Shown: piece by piece, positions 11,962 to 21,278 of the stretch
How the letters are laid out: every line of letters starts with the position of its first letter
Position numbering within the stretch: the first letter of the stretch is position 1
Assembly: GCA_008369845.1 (NCBI GenBank)
Contig: MRSU01008806.1
Span: forward strand, 1-37,166
Direction of reading: 5' to 3'
DNA from: Trichomonas gallinae
Taxonomy: Eukaryota
Length of the DNA stretch: 37,166 nt
Notes under the pieces: generated by a model
Seen by the model: only the letters and a program-made list of their open reading frames with translations
Told to the model about the DNA's origin: nothing
The model's database searches: none
Translations under genes and position numbers: made by a program

Positions 11962-12106
11962 CTGTGTGTTAGTTTTTTTTTTTAATTTTTTTTTGCAAAA
12001 GATTAAATGGGCTCAGGGTGGTCAACATTCATCAGAAGAGTGGTTCAGATGGCCGTTGGTAAATTATCTTCCTCGCCCTTAAACCTTCTGCTAATATAAT
12101 ACATAC
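11962..12106 (-). other. Spliceosomal intron, 145 nt, trichomonad consensus
   Basis: 5' GTATGTATT starting at 12106; exact fused branch point/3' splice site ACTAACACACAG at 11973-11962. Confidence 0.85.
12009..12078 (-). ncRNA. Box C/D snoRNA (intronic), predicted to target 18S rRNA helix 34
   Basis: GGGC/GCCC terminal stem; C-like box GAGGAAGA 12074-12067; D' CTGA 12048-12045; C' TGATGA 12034-12029; D CTGA 12016-12013; guides ACCAACGGCCAT and ACCACC complementary to the conserved 18S sequence GGUGGUGCAUGGCCGUU. Confidence 0.85.
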
Positions 12107-12133
12107 GAAGTTTGTTTTGTCTCCTTCAGATAG

Positions 12134-12153
12134 AAATGTAGAGCCAAACCGCT
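12134..12153 (-). promoter_or_regulatory. M3-like motif (AGCGGTTT) plus initiator-like ACATTT
   Basis: AGCGGTTT at 12153-12146 followed by ACATTT at 12139-12134 (predicted +1 at 12137); resembles described T. vaginalis Pol II core promoter elements. Confidence 0.5.
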
Positions 12154-12966
12154 ATTTTTGAATTAATAATAATCGTATTTAACCTTATTCATTTTTATTC
12201 ATTTGATTTTTTTGAAGAACTCCAAGGGATAGAAACTTTGTTTGCCCATTAAACATATAGTATTCATGTAAAATAATAGAAAATGATTTTAAATCTTTCT
12301 TTTATATTGTCTCCAAAATTGGATCATATAATTAACCTGATACATATAATTCGCAACTATAATTTGTTTATACATAGTAAGTATATTATATTTCTTCAAG
12401 AAAACTCCATTATTATCAGGAAAAAGATTTGATTAAATTCAAATCTTTAGTAATTTCTCATAGTTTTCACATTTTACTATGATAATATATTTCAAATTTT
12501 AGAATATAAATCAATTCTAGATTGTCAAAATCTTTTAACTTATATTGAAAGAATTATTCCAAGTCTATGTTTGTGAGAAAAACGATTATTTTTATCGTTT
12601 TTTATCAAATTTTTCATTTAAAAATAACGATTTCTTTAGCAGATTGATATGATAATCTTATACATCAGTTGGTAACATATTGGACTGAAATAATAAAAAT
12701 TAAAATTACTCAATTAATATGATGGAAAATCTCAAAAATCGGATTATGTCAAAATTATTTTATTACAAAATATTGATTTTAATCAATAATACATCCGATG
12801 TATTGGAGAAAATTTTTCAATACTCTTTCAAAAAAGTGACAAATCATAAAAAATTGAAATCTGATCTGAAAAAAGTTTATTAAATATAATGTTATATTAT
12901 CAATAAATATTATCCGAAGTTTTTGATGAGGTGTCAAAGAAGTTTTGCCGTCAAATTCCAAATTTC

Positions 12967-14346
12967 ATGTCGAAAAACAAAGAATTGGTTGAGTCTTTGC
13001 TTGGTAATGATCGAGATAACGCTAAGTCAGAAGTAAGCCCATTTTCAGCTTCAGGAACATCAGATATTCCGAATCCTTACCTACTTTCGAATTCAAATTT
13101 CGATTCATTTGATGCACAATCGCTCGACATTGTTACAAACAAGGAGCAAAAGTTCTTTCCTACATTAATAAATTTAATGAACTCAATGTTAGGCGCAGGA
13201 ATTTTATCAGTTCCAGCAACATTCACCGATACAGGTACAATTGTATCTCTTATCTGTATTACTGTTATATACTTATTATCGTTTTACTCGTCTTGTTTAG
13301 TTATCTCACTGCAAAGAAAGACATTTGCACAAAGTTTCTCAGAACTCGCAGAAAGATCGTTTGGACACTGGGCAACAATAACATTATCAGTTCTTACTTT
13401 AATGCTTCTGTTATCATTATTGATTACCTTTGTTGTTGTTGCAACCGATATTTTATTTTCATGGTTAAGACTTGCAAAGCTTGATGTAATAGAAAAGAAC
13501 TGGATGCAAGCAATTGTAGTCTTTATTTACGCGCTTTCTTTGCCTATTGCTTTATGCATTCCGCGGAAAATTACATTTTTGACTTTCTTTTCTGGTGCAA
13601 ACATCATTTTTGTGCTGATATTTTGCTCAGTAATCATATATGAAGGTGTTTCATCGCTAGCAAAGATGAAAGGAATTAACTCTACCGTTCAACATATCAA
13701 AATTAATCTTGATATTTTCAATTCCATGTCCATTTACTCTCTATCCTTTGCTCTGGCTTGTGTTATTATCCCAGTCATCAGAGTTTACAACCATGACCTC
13801 AAAAAGAGAAAAAGAGTAACTTTTTGCGGAATGACTTTAGTCTACCTTATGAATACTTTACCAGCATTAATCTGCTACTTACACAACGGAGCAAACATCA
13901 AATCGAACGTTTTAAACACGTACGACAACAAAAATATAGTCATTATAGTAACAAGAAGTTTATTCTTCTTTGTTGTTAGCTTTGCTTTCCCTTTAATCTC
14001 GCAAACAACAATGGCGACATTTTCAACATTGTTTTTCAAAGTTCCAAATCACAATGATTTGACGACCGGAAAACGCTGGATTGTTTTGTGTGCGAACTGC
14101 TGCCTACCATTATTAGTTCCTATGATCTTCAGGGAAATCAAGCCTATCGTAGGAATTGGTGGAGCACTTGGAGGATGCCTAGCAAACTTCACTTTTCCAG
14201 CAGCGATGTACTTACAAAAATCAACTTATTCAATTTGGTACTGGAAGAACTTATGTGCCTTAATGTTCGCCATTTTCGGTTGCATTTGTTGCGGAATAGC
14301 AACATATACATCCGTTGTTGCTGCTATGAAAGCCTTCAAAAAATAA
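12967..14346 (+). CDS. Transmembrane amino acid transporter (Aa_trans/AAAP, SLC38-like)
   Basis: NLMNSMLGAGILSVP signature, about 11 hydrophobic segments, C-terminal GGALGG...FTFPA. First ATG is 12967; the ORF track begins at GTG 12931. Confidence 0.92.
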   Translation: MSKNKELVESLLGNDRDNAKSEVSPFSASGTSDIPNPYLLSNSNFDSFDAQSLDIVTNKEQKFFPTLINLMNSMLGAGILSVPATFTDTGTIVSLICITVIYLLSFYSSCLVISLQRKTFAQSFSELAERSFGHWATITLSVLTLMLLLSLLITFVVVATDILFSWLRLAKLDVIEKNWMQAIVVFIYALSLPIALCIPRKITFLTFFSGANIIFVLIFCSVIIYEGVSSLAKMKGINSTVQHIKINLDIFNSMSIYSLSFALACVIIPVIRVYNHDLKKRKRVTFCGMTLVYLMNTLPALICYLHNGANIKSNVLNTYDNKNIVIIVTRSLFFFVVSFAFPLISQTTMATFSTLFFKVPNHNDLTTGKRWIVLCANCCLPLLVPMIFREIKPIVGIGGALGGCLANFTFPAAMYLQKSTYSIWYWKNLCALMFAIFGCICCGIATYTSVVAAMKAFKK

Positions 14347-14803
14347 ATTAATAAAGTTTATGTTGTTTTATTCTTAAAAATTTTTAAGAGATTTTCGTGG
14401 CAAATTGACACCTTGGCAGATTGACATTTTATAGCGAACATCAATGAATCTCCCTACAGATAATATCTCAATCAAAATCTAATTTCCCAACTTCCACAAT
14501 ATGAAGTGATTTCACTTTGTAAAATTGTTCGCATTAGTTCAACAACTCTCAAGAGTCATGCATATTTTAAAATCAGAATAAATAAATTCTCCCCCTGACT
14601 CTATATATTGAAAGTATTTTTCCTTGTGTTGCTCGAACCTGCTCAAAATGTGCTTCTTGTTATTGTGTTATAGCATATTTTTTTTTTTTTGTTGCTAGTT
14701 TAGCTAAGCATATTTAATTTTTATCAAATAAAAAAAGTTGAATGTTTATCATAAGAACATGCGATTTTATTAATATAGAGAAAAAATATATATAATATTA
14801 TAA

Positions 14804-17435
14804 TCAGAACTTACTATTTGATGCAAGCGACTTTGGACTCATTGGCGATGGGATGACCTTTGGGATTCCGCCTCCTGGTGTTCCTGACCTTGGCGTCAGA
14901 AGCTTAGCGATTGGACAGTTGTCGTCATCGTCGTTGTCGCTTGAGCTGACTTTGACTTTTCCGATGGCTTTCTTGGCCTTGTCGAACTGATAAGTCACTG
15001 AGACTTGGTTGAAGCAAGAGAAGTCGTCATCTTGTTCGCCTTCTTCGTCAGAGGAAGAGTTGGACGAGAATTCACCCCTGACTTTCTCTGAGCGCTTCAT
15101 GTCGCTCATGATGTCCTGATACTCCTTGGAGTTGACGTCGAGTGGCTTAGCCTGCTTCATCTTGTCTGGGATCTCCAGGTCGCATAAATCAGGGATGTTC
15201 TCCCAGTTGAAGTCTTTGAACCAGGCGTGATTCATGAGTTCGTCAATTGAGTTGTGACCGAGGCGTTTTTCTGGTTCGAAGACGAGCAACTTCTTGATTA
15301 GGTCAATAGCATCAGTGAGTGGGTTCTCAGGATCAGCTGTGTCTTCAAGATCGCAAGTATAATTAATCTTGAGAGTGTTTTCGATAGTTTTGGCAGCATT
15401 TTCGTCATTGAATGGTGGAATACCGAATAAGAACTCGTAGATCATGCAGCCAAGAGACCAGTAATCTGATGTATAAGTTGTGGCCTGGTTTGTTAAGACC
15501 TCTGGAGCGCAATAACCAAGTGTGCCTGTGTTATCGATTGTCTCGTTTTGCATGATTTCGCTGGAAAGGCCGAAATCAATTAATTTAAGAACGCCATCAC
15601 CATCAAGAAGGACATTATCTGGCTTGAGATCTCTGTGGACGAACTGGTTGCGCCTGAGATCCTTAAGAGCAAGGATAATCTGCGCTGTGCAAGTTCTTGC
15701 ATGATTTTCATCAAAAACGTTGTATTCGTCCAAAATGTGCTTGAGATCACCGCAGCTGATGTAGTCCATAACAATATATAAGTTTCTGTCACCAATAAAG
15801 CTACTATCTGTGTGTTAGAAATTCTAAATAAAATATTATTTCATCTGACAAGCAAATATCCATCCAATTATATAATTACAACAAGATTTGAGTTCAATAA
15901 AAAAATTCAAAATTTTATAATCTGAATTTTTCATTTTCTTAAAGTAAATCTTGTTGTATCAGTTTTAAGAAATAAAAATATAAATGATTTCATCCAGAAA
16001 GTCAAAAAATAAAAATTTTGTGATTGTCGAAAGCTAAAATTCCATAAAAATTATATTAAATTACGAAGTTCTAGAGGTATATCAATCTTATGCAGCGCGA
16101 TACAATGAATTTAGTTGCAATATTAATTCTGGTCGATGATTTTGTTTGAAAAAAAGAAATTCTAGATGAAGTATTCTGCGAGTTAGAAAGCAAAAAGCAA
16201 ATAATGGATGGAAAATAAGCTGTCAGAGAAATAATATTCGAATACATACAAATCTTAACGATGTAATTTGATCTGAGTTGGAACAAGAAGTCCTTCTCAT
16301 GGAGTAGATGGTGCTTAACGATTTCTGTTGAGTGAAGTTTTTCGCGTGAAATAACTTTGATTGCGTATTTGTCTTTTGTTGTGTTTTTCTCGCAGAGGTA
16401 GACACGTGCGTAAGCTCCCCTGGAGATTTGCTTAAGAAGAGTAAAAGAGGCAATTGAAATATCAAATTGACCAGAAAATGAAGTAGAAGGAGACAAACTT
16501 TGTGAGGGAGACAATGTCAGTTCTTGAGCTTCTTTGTTTAATTGGAACGATTTGTAAGAAGCGCAAACTTTTGATTTTAAGATATTGATAGAAGTGTTGA
16601 TAAGGTCTGAAAATTCATCGGAGAAAGTCAGAGAGTACTGGAAAATCACAGGAAGAGTTGTCAAAACGGATAAGCAAGTCTGGAAAAGATTTTCAAAGTT
16701 GTCTGTCGCTTTAAGTGTGGATTTGAGCAAGCAAATCATGTGCATTGGAACGAAAACATCGAGCATCTCTGTTTGGTGCACTGGCCATTTGATTTTGCAA
16801 AGTTCTTTAAAATCTTGTATAATGTTTTTAATTTCAAGGTCGATTTGGTTTTGAGTTTGAGTAGCTACATAAGCCTTGTAGCATGTATCTATGTGTTTGT
16901 TGTAAAGGCACTTGAGAACCGGTTTTTCGCAGATTCTGCAAATGATTTCCTCTTGTGATCCAGGAAGGATGGGATTTGAGAACTTGCTGGTCTTGCCTTT
17001 GAGAGGAGGTAAGAATATGCCATTGGGAAGTCTTCTGTTTTCCATAATTTGTTGAATTCTTTTTATCTGTGACAAAGGCTTCAGTAAACGCGCGACATAT
17101 AATGAGATTTGATCATTATCGGTTGATCTAAGTAATTGAGTAAGAATTTTAATGACACTGTCTGTCATTTTAAACAGATGAGCGTAATCGCAGTCAATTA
17201 ACTCTTTAATTGCTTTCTGGACTTTCTCCAAAATGCTGTTATCATTCCCACACGCGTCACGTGAAGGACATTCAATGGCTTCGATGATTAAATGCTGTGA
17301 GTTTAATAATTCGAATATTCTTTGGTAAAAGTTAATATTGATAACATCGTCCTGCACAGTAAGAAGCTGAATATCATGAGCTGTCGCACGTGTAATTTTG
17401 CCTGAACACTGGCGCAGCATGGCTAATTTCTTCAT
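14804..17435 (-). CDS. AGC kinase, Rim15/Greatwall/MAST/IRE-like; two exons join(17435..16250,15807..14804), 729 aa
   Basis: Exon 1 has a CxxC...H...C zinc finger (CRICEK...HIDTC) and kinase subdomains I-IV (ISRGAYARV, AIK); exon 2 has HRDLKPDN, DFG, APE, DYWSLG. Splicing gives NYIVKI-Y-SSFIGDRNLYIVMDY in frame (1186+1004=2190 nt). Confidence 0.9.
15808..16249 (-). other. Spliceosomal intron, 442 nt, phase 1, with extensive internal complementarity
   Basis: 5' GTATGTATT at 16249; TCTAACACACAG at 15819-15808; removal restores a complete kinase domain. Confidence 0.92.
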
Positions 17436-17983
17436 TTTTTTGTTTTTTGAAATAAAATAAAAAATTATTTTTGCATTTTTGTGCTTTATAGATACTATTT
17501 CTCGGTAAATTTTTAGTCAAATCCCATTTTTACTAAATATTCACGGTAGATGCAAAATTAATGATTAAAACCCATATTTTCATTATCTATTTATTATATG
17601 GATTACATTTTTCATGGACAAAAGTTGTTTGATTAAAATATTTTTTTTTGAATAAAATTTTTTTTATAAACCAGCTTTTATAAGTTTGAAAACATAATCA
17701 TTGTAGCCTATATTTTTTATTTATACATCCTAATTTTGATAAATTTTTAAATACAAAATTTGATTTTACACGATGAAGTTTTCAGCACTGATATGAACTA
17801 AGCTCATGTAGTATAATAATGATCCATAAGAGAACTTTACCAATTTTTAATTTTTTCGTTCAAATTAAATTGATTTTTTTCGATTTTTTGATATTATAAA
17901 TTGTTACACCATATGCTGCATAAATACAAGATTTATGAGATAAAATTATTGAATCACGCGTAAAATCCTTTCTGAAAACAAAT

Positions 17984-18434
17984 ACCGGCTTTCGACATAT
18001 GCCATTTTGACACTTTACACGGCAAAATTGAAAATCAGTTTGACGTTGATAAAAAATGACTTTAGGGGTGGGTCATAATTTTCAAGTGTGTCTGCGCGTG
18101 TACATTCCATTTTGGATCGAAACATTATTCATTTTTGTGCAAAGATATCATTAAGCTACCAAAGTCACTATTATTGTTTAGGGCACTACCATATAACAAA
18201 AATGTAGACTAGATATTAGTGCACGAGATATCTGTATGGACATATTTCCGCCACGTAAAGTATCAAACATACAAAATTTTTTCGCTTACACACGGGTCAA
18301 AATATATATAAAATTTGGCGTGTAAAGAATCATTTTTTCGCAAAAGATTACTATGATCAATATAGTAACCATAATAGATAAATAGAGTAACCTTAATTTG
18401 TAAAGTGTCAAAATGGCAAATGTCGAAACCCGGT
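17984..18434. mobile_element. MITE-like non-autonomous DNA transposon (451 bp, 36-bp terminal inverted repeats)
   Basis: ACCGGCTTTCGACATATGCCATTTTGACACTTTACA (17984-18019) matches the reverse complement of 18399-18434 at 34/36; no internal ORF; no clean target-site duplication. Confidence 0.75.
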
Positions 18435-18894
18435 TCGCCATAACAGCAGCATGTCTTGGGTGTAAGATGAACGGATATCTAAAGATAACTTACAAAGACG
18501 CCAGTAATGAAAAATCTCCAGATTTGAATAAATTACAGTAGTATTTGGTTATTCATTTAAAATATAATTCTAATAAGAGTATGCAACATATATCTAACAC
18601 CATGAGATTCAGTTCTCGGTAGAGACAATAGAGAATCCGAGTTCATTGGCATTCTACTGTCCATTTTACCTATCTAACTAAATATAAAATTTGTATCACT
18701 ATAACAAACAGGATACACCATCAAAACAATACATTTACGATTAAAATTAAATTCAAAAAAATAATATTTGAACAAATGATCAATTAAACATGATAATTAC
18801 TTAATGGAAGTTCAAGAATGGTTAAAAATAAGGGTAATTTTCAATGATGAAATATATATCAAATTATTTATTTTTAAAGAACATTTAATATAGT

Positions 18895-21237
18895 TTATAA
18901 TACAGCTTGGAGTGACTTTAACTGTTCATGGTGGGCTGGTGATGTTTTGAGCAACTCTTTCGTGACTTCTGGAAGTCTCTGCCTTGAGAGGACTTTTGCG
19001 ACGTTTTTGTCTGCCAGGTAGATGGCCTTCAGGGCCTCGATTGCCTGAAGCATTGTTTCCTCAGCTTTGAGCAATTGGAGCAGTTTTGGAACTGCAAATT
19101 CGAATCTGTGGCTCATAATTTGAGGATGATTGGTGCAGAACGTGAGAACTTCGTTTTTGTCTTCATCTTTGATGACGCAGTTGGCTGTAATCTTAGATTT
19201 CTTGAACATATCGAGATGCTCTGGACCAATCTTAAATCCTGAGATGCACTGGATGCAGAGTGATGGCATTGTCTCGGAAATTTCTTCGAGGAAGGTCAGA
19301 AGATAAGGAAGAGTCAAAACTTTCTCTGGGACGACTTCTGCGAGTTTCTTCAGCAATTTGGCTGTTGACTCCTTATCAGGGAGTTCGAATTCGATCCAAT
19401 CTGGGTTCTCAATGAAGTATTTCGAAACATATGAATCATCGAGCAAAGAAATCAAGATTTTGTTCGCTGTCTTGTAGATCCTTGATGCCTTGAGAATGGC
19501 GTGAATGATCTTTGAGTTGATTGGGAAGTTTTCAGCGTTTCTCAAATATTTGAGTGTAGATTCGACTGTTTCGTCAGTTGAGAGATGCTTAAGTAATGCT
19601 CTCAAATGGAGTTCGACATCGAACTGTTTGATGAGGATCAAACCTTCATAGCAGCAAGAAATAACTGTATAATCTTCAGAATCGTACAACATGTCTTCAA
19701 ACATGGATCTGACTCTCTCATCCCAATGGGCGGACTCATCCAAGATAGCCAGAAGCAATTCGAAGTATTTCTCCTTCGTGTTGTCGTAAATCAATTTTCT
19801 CCAGTCAGTGACAAGGAGCTTCAAGGCTGGTGATGATCTTGAACGCTTGGCGATCTTAAAGAGGATGCTGATGACGTCTGTTGGATATTTTGTGATCATT
19901 CCGCTTAAAATCTCGCGAATTTCCTGATCTAAGTTATCATCTGTGAAAGCGACGAGTTTCTGGAGAACCTTGACACTCTTTTCGTGGAAAAAGTTGATTG
20001 GAAGATATTTGTAAATGCCGGAAGCCAAGATTTGATCGATATTCTTTTTATCGAGTAAAGATTGGTTGATAATCGTGACAACTCTTGATGTTTTCTCATC
20101 ATTAGGCGATGCTTGAAGCTGCTTTGTTGCGTCAGCGTAGAAAAGCTGGACTTTTTCATTTTTGATAAATCTTGGATGGGCTAAGCAGTTGTCGAAGTTG
20201 TATTCCTGGTCCTCGCTGCCAACTGTGCTCTCTGACTGCTCGTAAATCCTGCTTTCTTCATCAGAATCGTCGGCTCTCATAATTCTGACTGATGGGAGAG
20301 TCGAAATGAATTCTTTGACCTTGGCTTCATTGTATCCTGGGAAGACAGCCTTGAATTCGCAAAGTATGTTGATAATTTCTCTGAATGTTGGTCTAGCTTG
20401 AGGATTTGCATCCCAGCAGCGCAAAATGAGATCTCTCATGCCAGGATGGAGATGCTGTGGTAGCTGTGGCCTCATTCCCTTGAGGACTTCTCTTAAAACT
20501 GTCGAAATTTGAATTCCTTCGAACGGTCTTGTCAAAGTGTTCATTTCGTACAAAATCATACCGTACGAATAGACGTCTGCTGAGAGTGAGTATTCGCTGC
20601 CTCCAACGATTTCTGGGGCCATCCATTGAGGAGTTCCTGTGCATTTTGTCATAACAACAGATAATGAGTTTCTCGAAACGCCAAAGTCGCAGATAAGCGG
20701 CAGGTAGTTCTTGTTCAAGAGAATGTTCGACGATTTGAGGTCTCTGTGAATAATCGAAAGATTATGAAGGTATTGCATGCCTACTGCAATGCCAATTGCG
20801 ACGCGCATGAAAATTGTTGACGGATACTTCTTCTGCTCCTTCATAATCTGAATGAAGTCGCAAAGATTTCCATTTGTGGCGAGTCTCGTGGCGACAGAGT
20901 AAGGATACGTGTTTGTAAATCCTACGAATGGTATGACGAATCTCGATTGACATCTAACAAGGATTTCTACTTCCATTAAAAAGTGTTTTAATTCAGCTTT
21001 TGAAAGTTCTTCATTAAATAGGATTTTAATGGCGGCAGTGCCTTTTCCATCCTTACTCTTGCACTTCCATACCTCACCAAATGTTCCTGCGCCGATTTTC
21101 TTTTCCATCGTGTAATTAGCGAGATCTATAACGTAGTCTTTAAGTTCTGGTGAGATAGTGATGGACTTTTTGCGTTTGACTTTTCGCATGTGTGTTGATT
21201 TGGTGCGCACAGCCACCTCTTGGCGTTCTCTGTCCAT
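18895..21237 (-). CDS. TKL-type protein kinase with long helical (ARM/HEAT-like) C-terminal region
   Basis: GAGTFGEV, AIK, HRDLKSSN, DFG, GTPQWMAPE, DVYSYG, CW...RPTF; Leu-rich helical C-terminal ~430 aa. Confidence 0.92.
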   Translation of the reverse strand: MDRERQEVAVRTKSTHMRKVKRKKSITISPELKDYVIDLANYTMEKKIGAGTFGEVWKCKSKDGKGTAAIKILFNEELSKAELKHFLMEVEILVRCQSRFVIPFVGFTNTYPYSVATRLATNGNLCDFIQIMKEQKKYPSTIFMRVAIGIAVGMQYLHNLSIIHRDLKSSNILLNKNYLPLICDFGVSRNSLSVVMTKCTGTPQWMAPEIVGGSEYSLSADVYSYGMILYEMNTLTRPFEGIQISTVLREVLKGMRPQLPQHLHPGMRDLILRCWDANPQARPTFREIINILCEFKAVFPGYNEAKVKEFISTLPSVRIMRADDSDEESRIYEQSESTVGSEDQEYNFDNCLAHPRFIKNEKVQLFYADATKQLQASPNDEKTSRVVTIINQSLLDKKNIDQILASGIYKYLPINFFHEKSVKVLQKLVAFTDDNLDQEIREILSGMITKYPTDVISILFKIAKRSRSSPALKLLVTDWRKLIYDNTKEKYFELLLAILDESAHWDERVRSMFEDMLYDSEDYTVISCCYEGLILIKQFDVELHLRALLKHLSTDETVESTLKYLRNAENFPINSKIIHAILKASRIYKTANKILISLLDDSYVSKYFIENPDWIEFELPDKESTAKLLKKLAEVVPEKVLTLPYLLTFLEEISETMPSLCIQCISGFKIGPEHLDMFKKSKITANCVIKDEDKNEVLTFCTNHPQIMSHRFEFAVPKLLQLLKAEETMLQAIEALKAIYLADKNVAKVLSRQRLPEVTKELLKTSPAHHEQLKSLQAVL

Positions 21238-21270
21238 TTTTTACCGGAAAAAAAGTTTTTATCGAAAATC

Positions 21271-21278
21271 GTCACTTT
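21271..21278 (-). promoter_or_regulatory. AAAGTGAC upstream motif (M2-like)
   Basis: Lies ~34 nt upstream of the TKL kinase ATG; the same octamer occurs at 12833-12840 upstream of the transporter. Assignment to the T. vaginalis M2 motif is from memory. Confidence 0.35.

Larger units (their letters stand above)
11930..12137 (-). ncRNA. Putative non-coding, spliced snoRNA host transcript (exon 1 ~12137-12107; exon 2 from 11961; 3' end approximate)
   Basis: Core-promoter-like motifs upstream, a consensus intron, no ATG in exon 1, TAAA signal at 11957-11954 directly after the 3' splice site, no ORF across the junction. Confidence 0.6.

Noticed and set aside
12009..12140. U3 snoRNA, suggested by GAGGAAGA/CTGA and an upstream CATTTCTAT
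   Set aside because: No B box, the C/D domain is only 70 nt with a D' box and methylation-type guides, and the CATTTCTAT lies in exon 1 on the other side of a 5' splice site.
14804..17435. Two independent genes (454 aa and 321 aa) as in the ORF track
   Set aside because: Each has only part of a kinase domain; a consensus intron joins them in frame.
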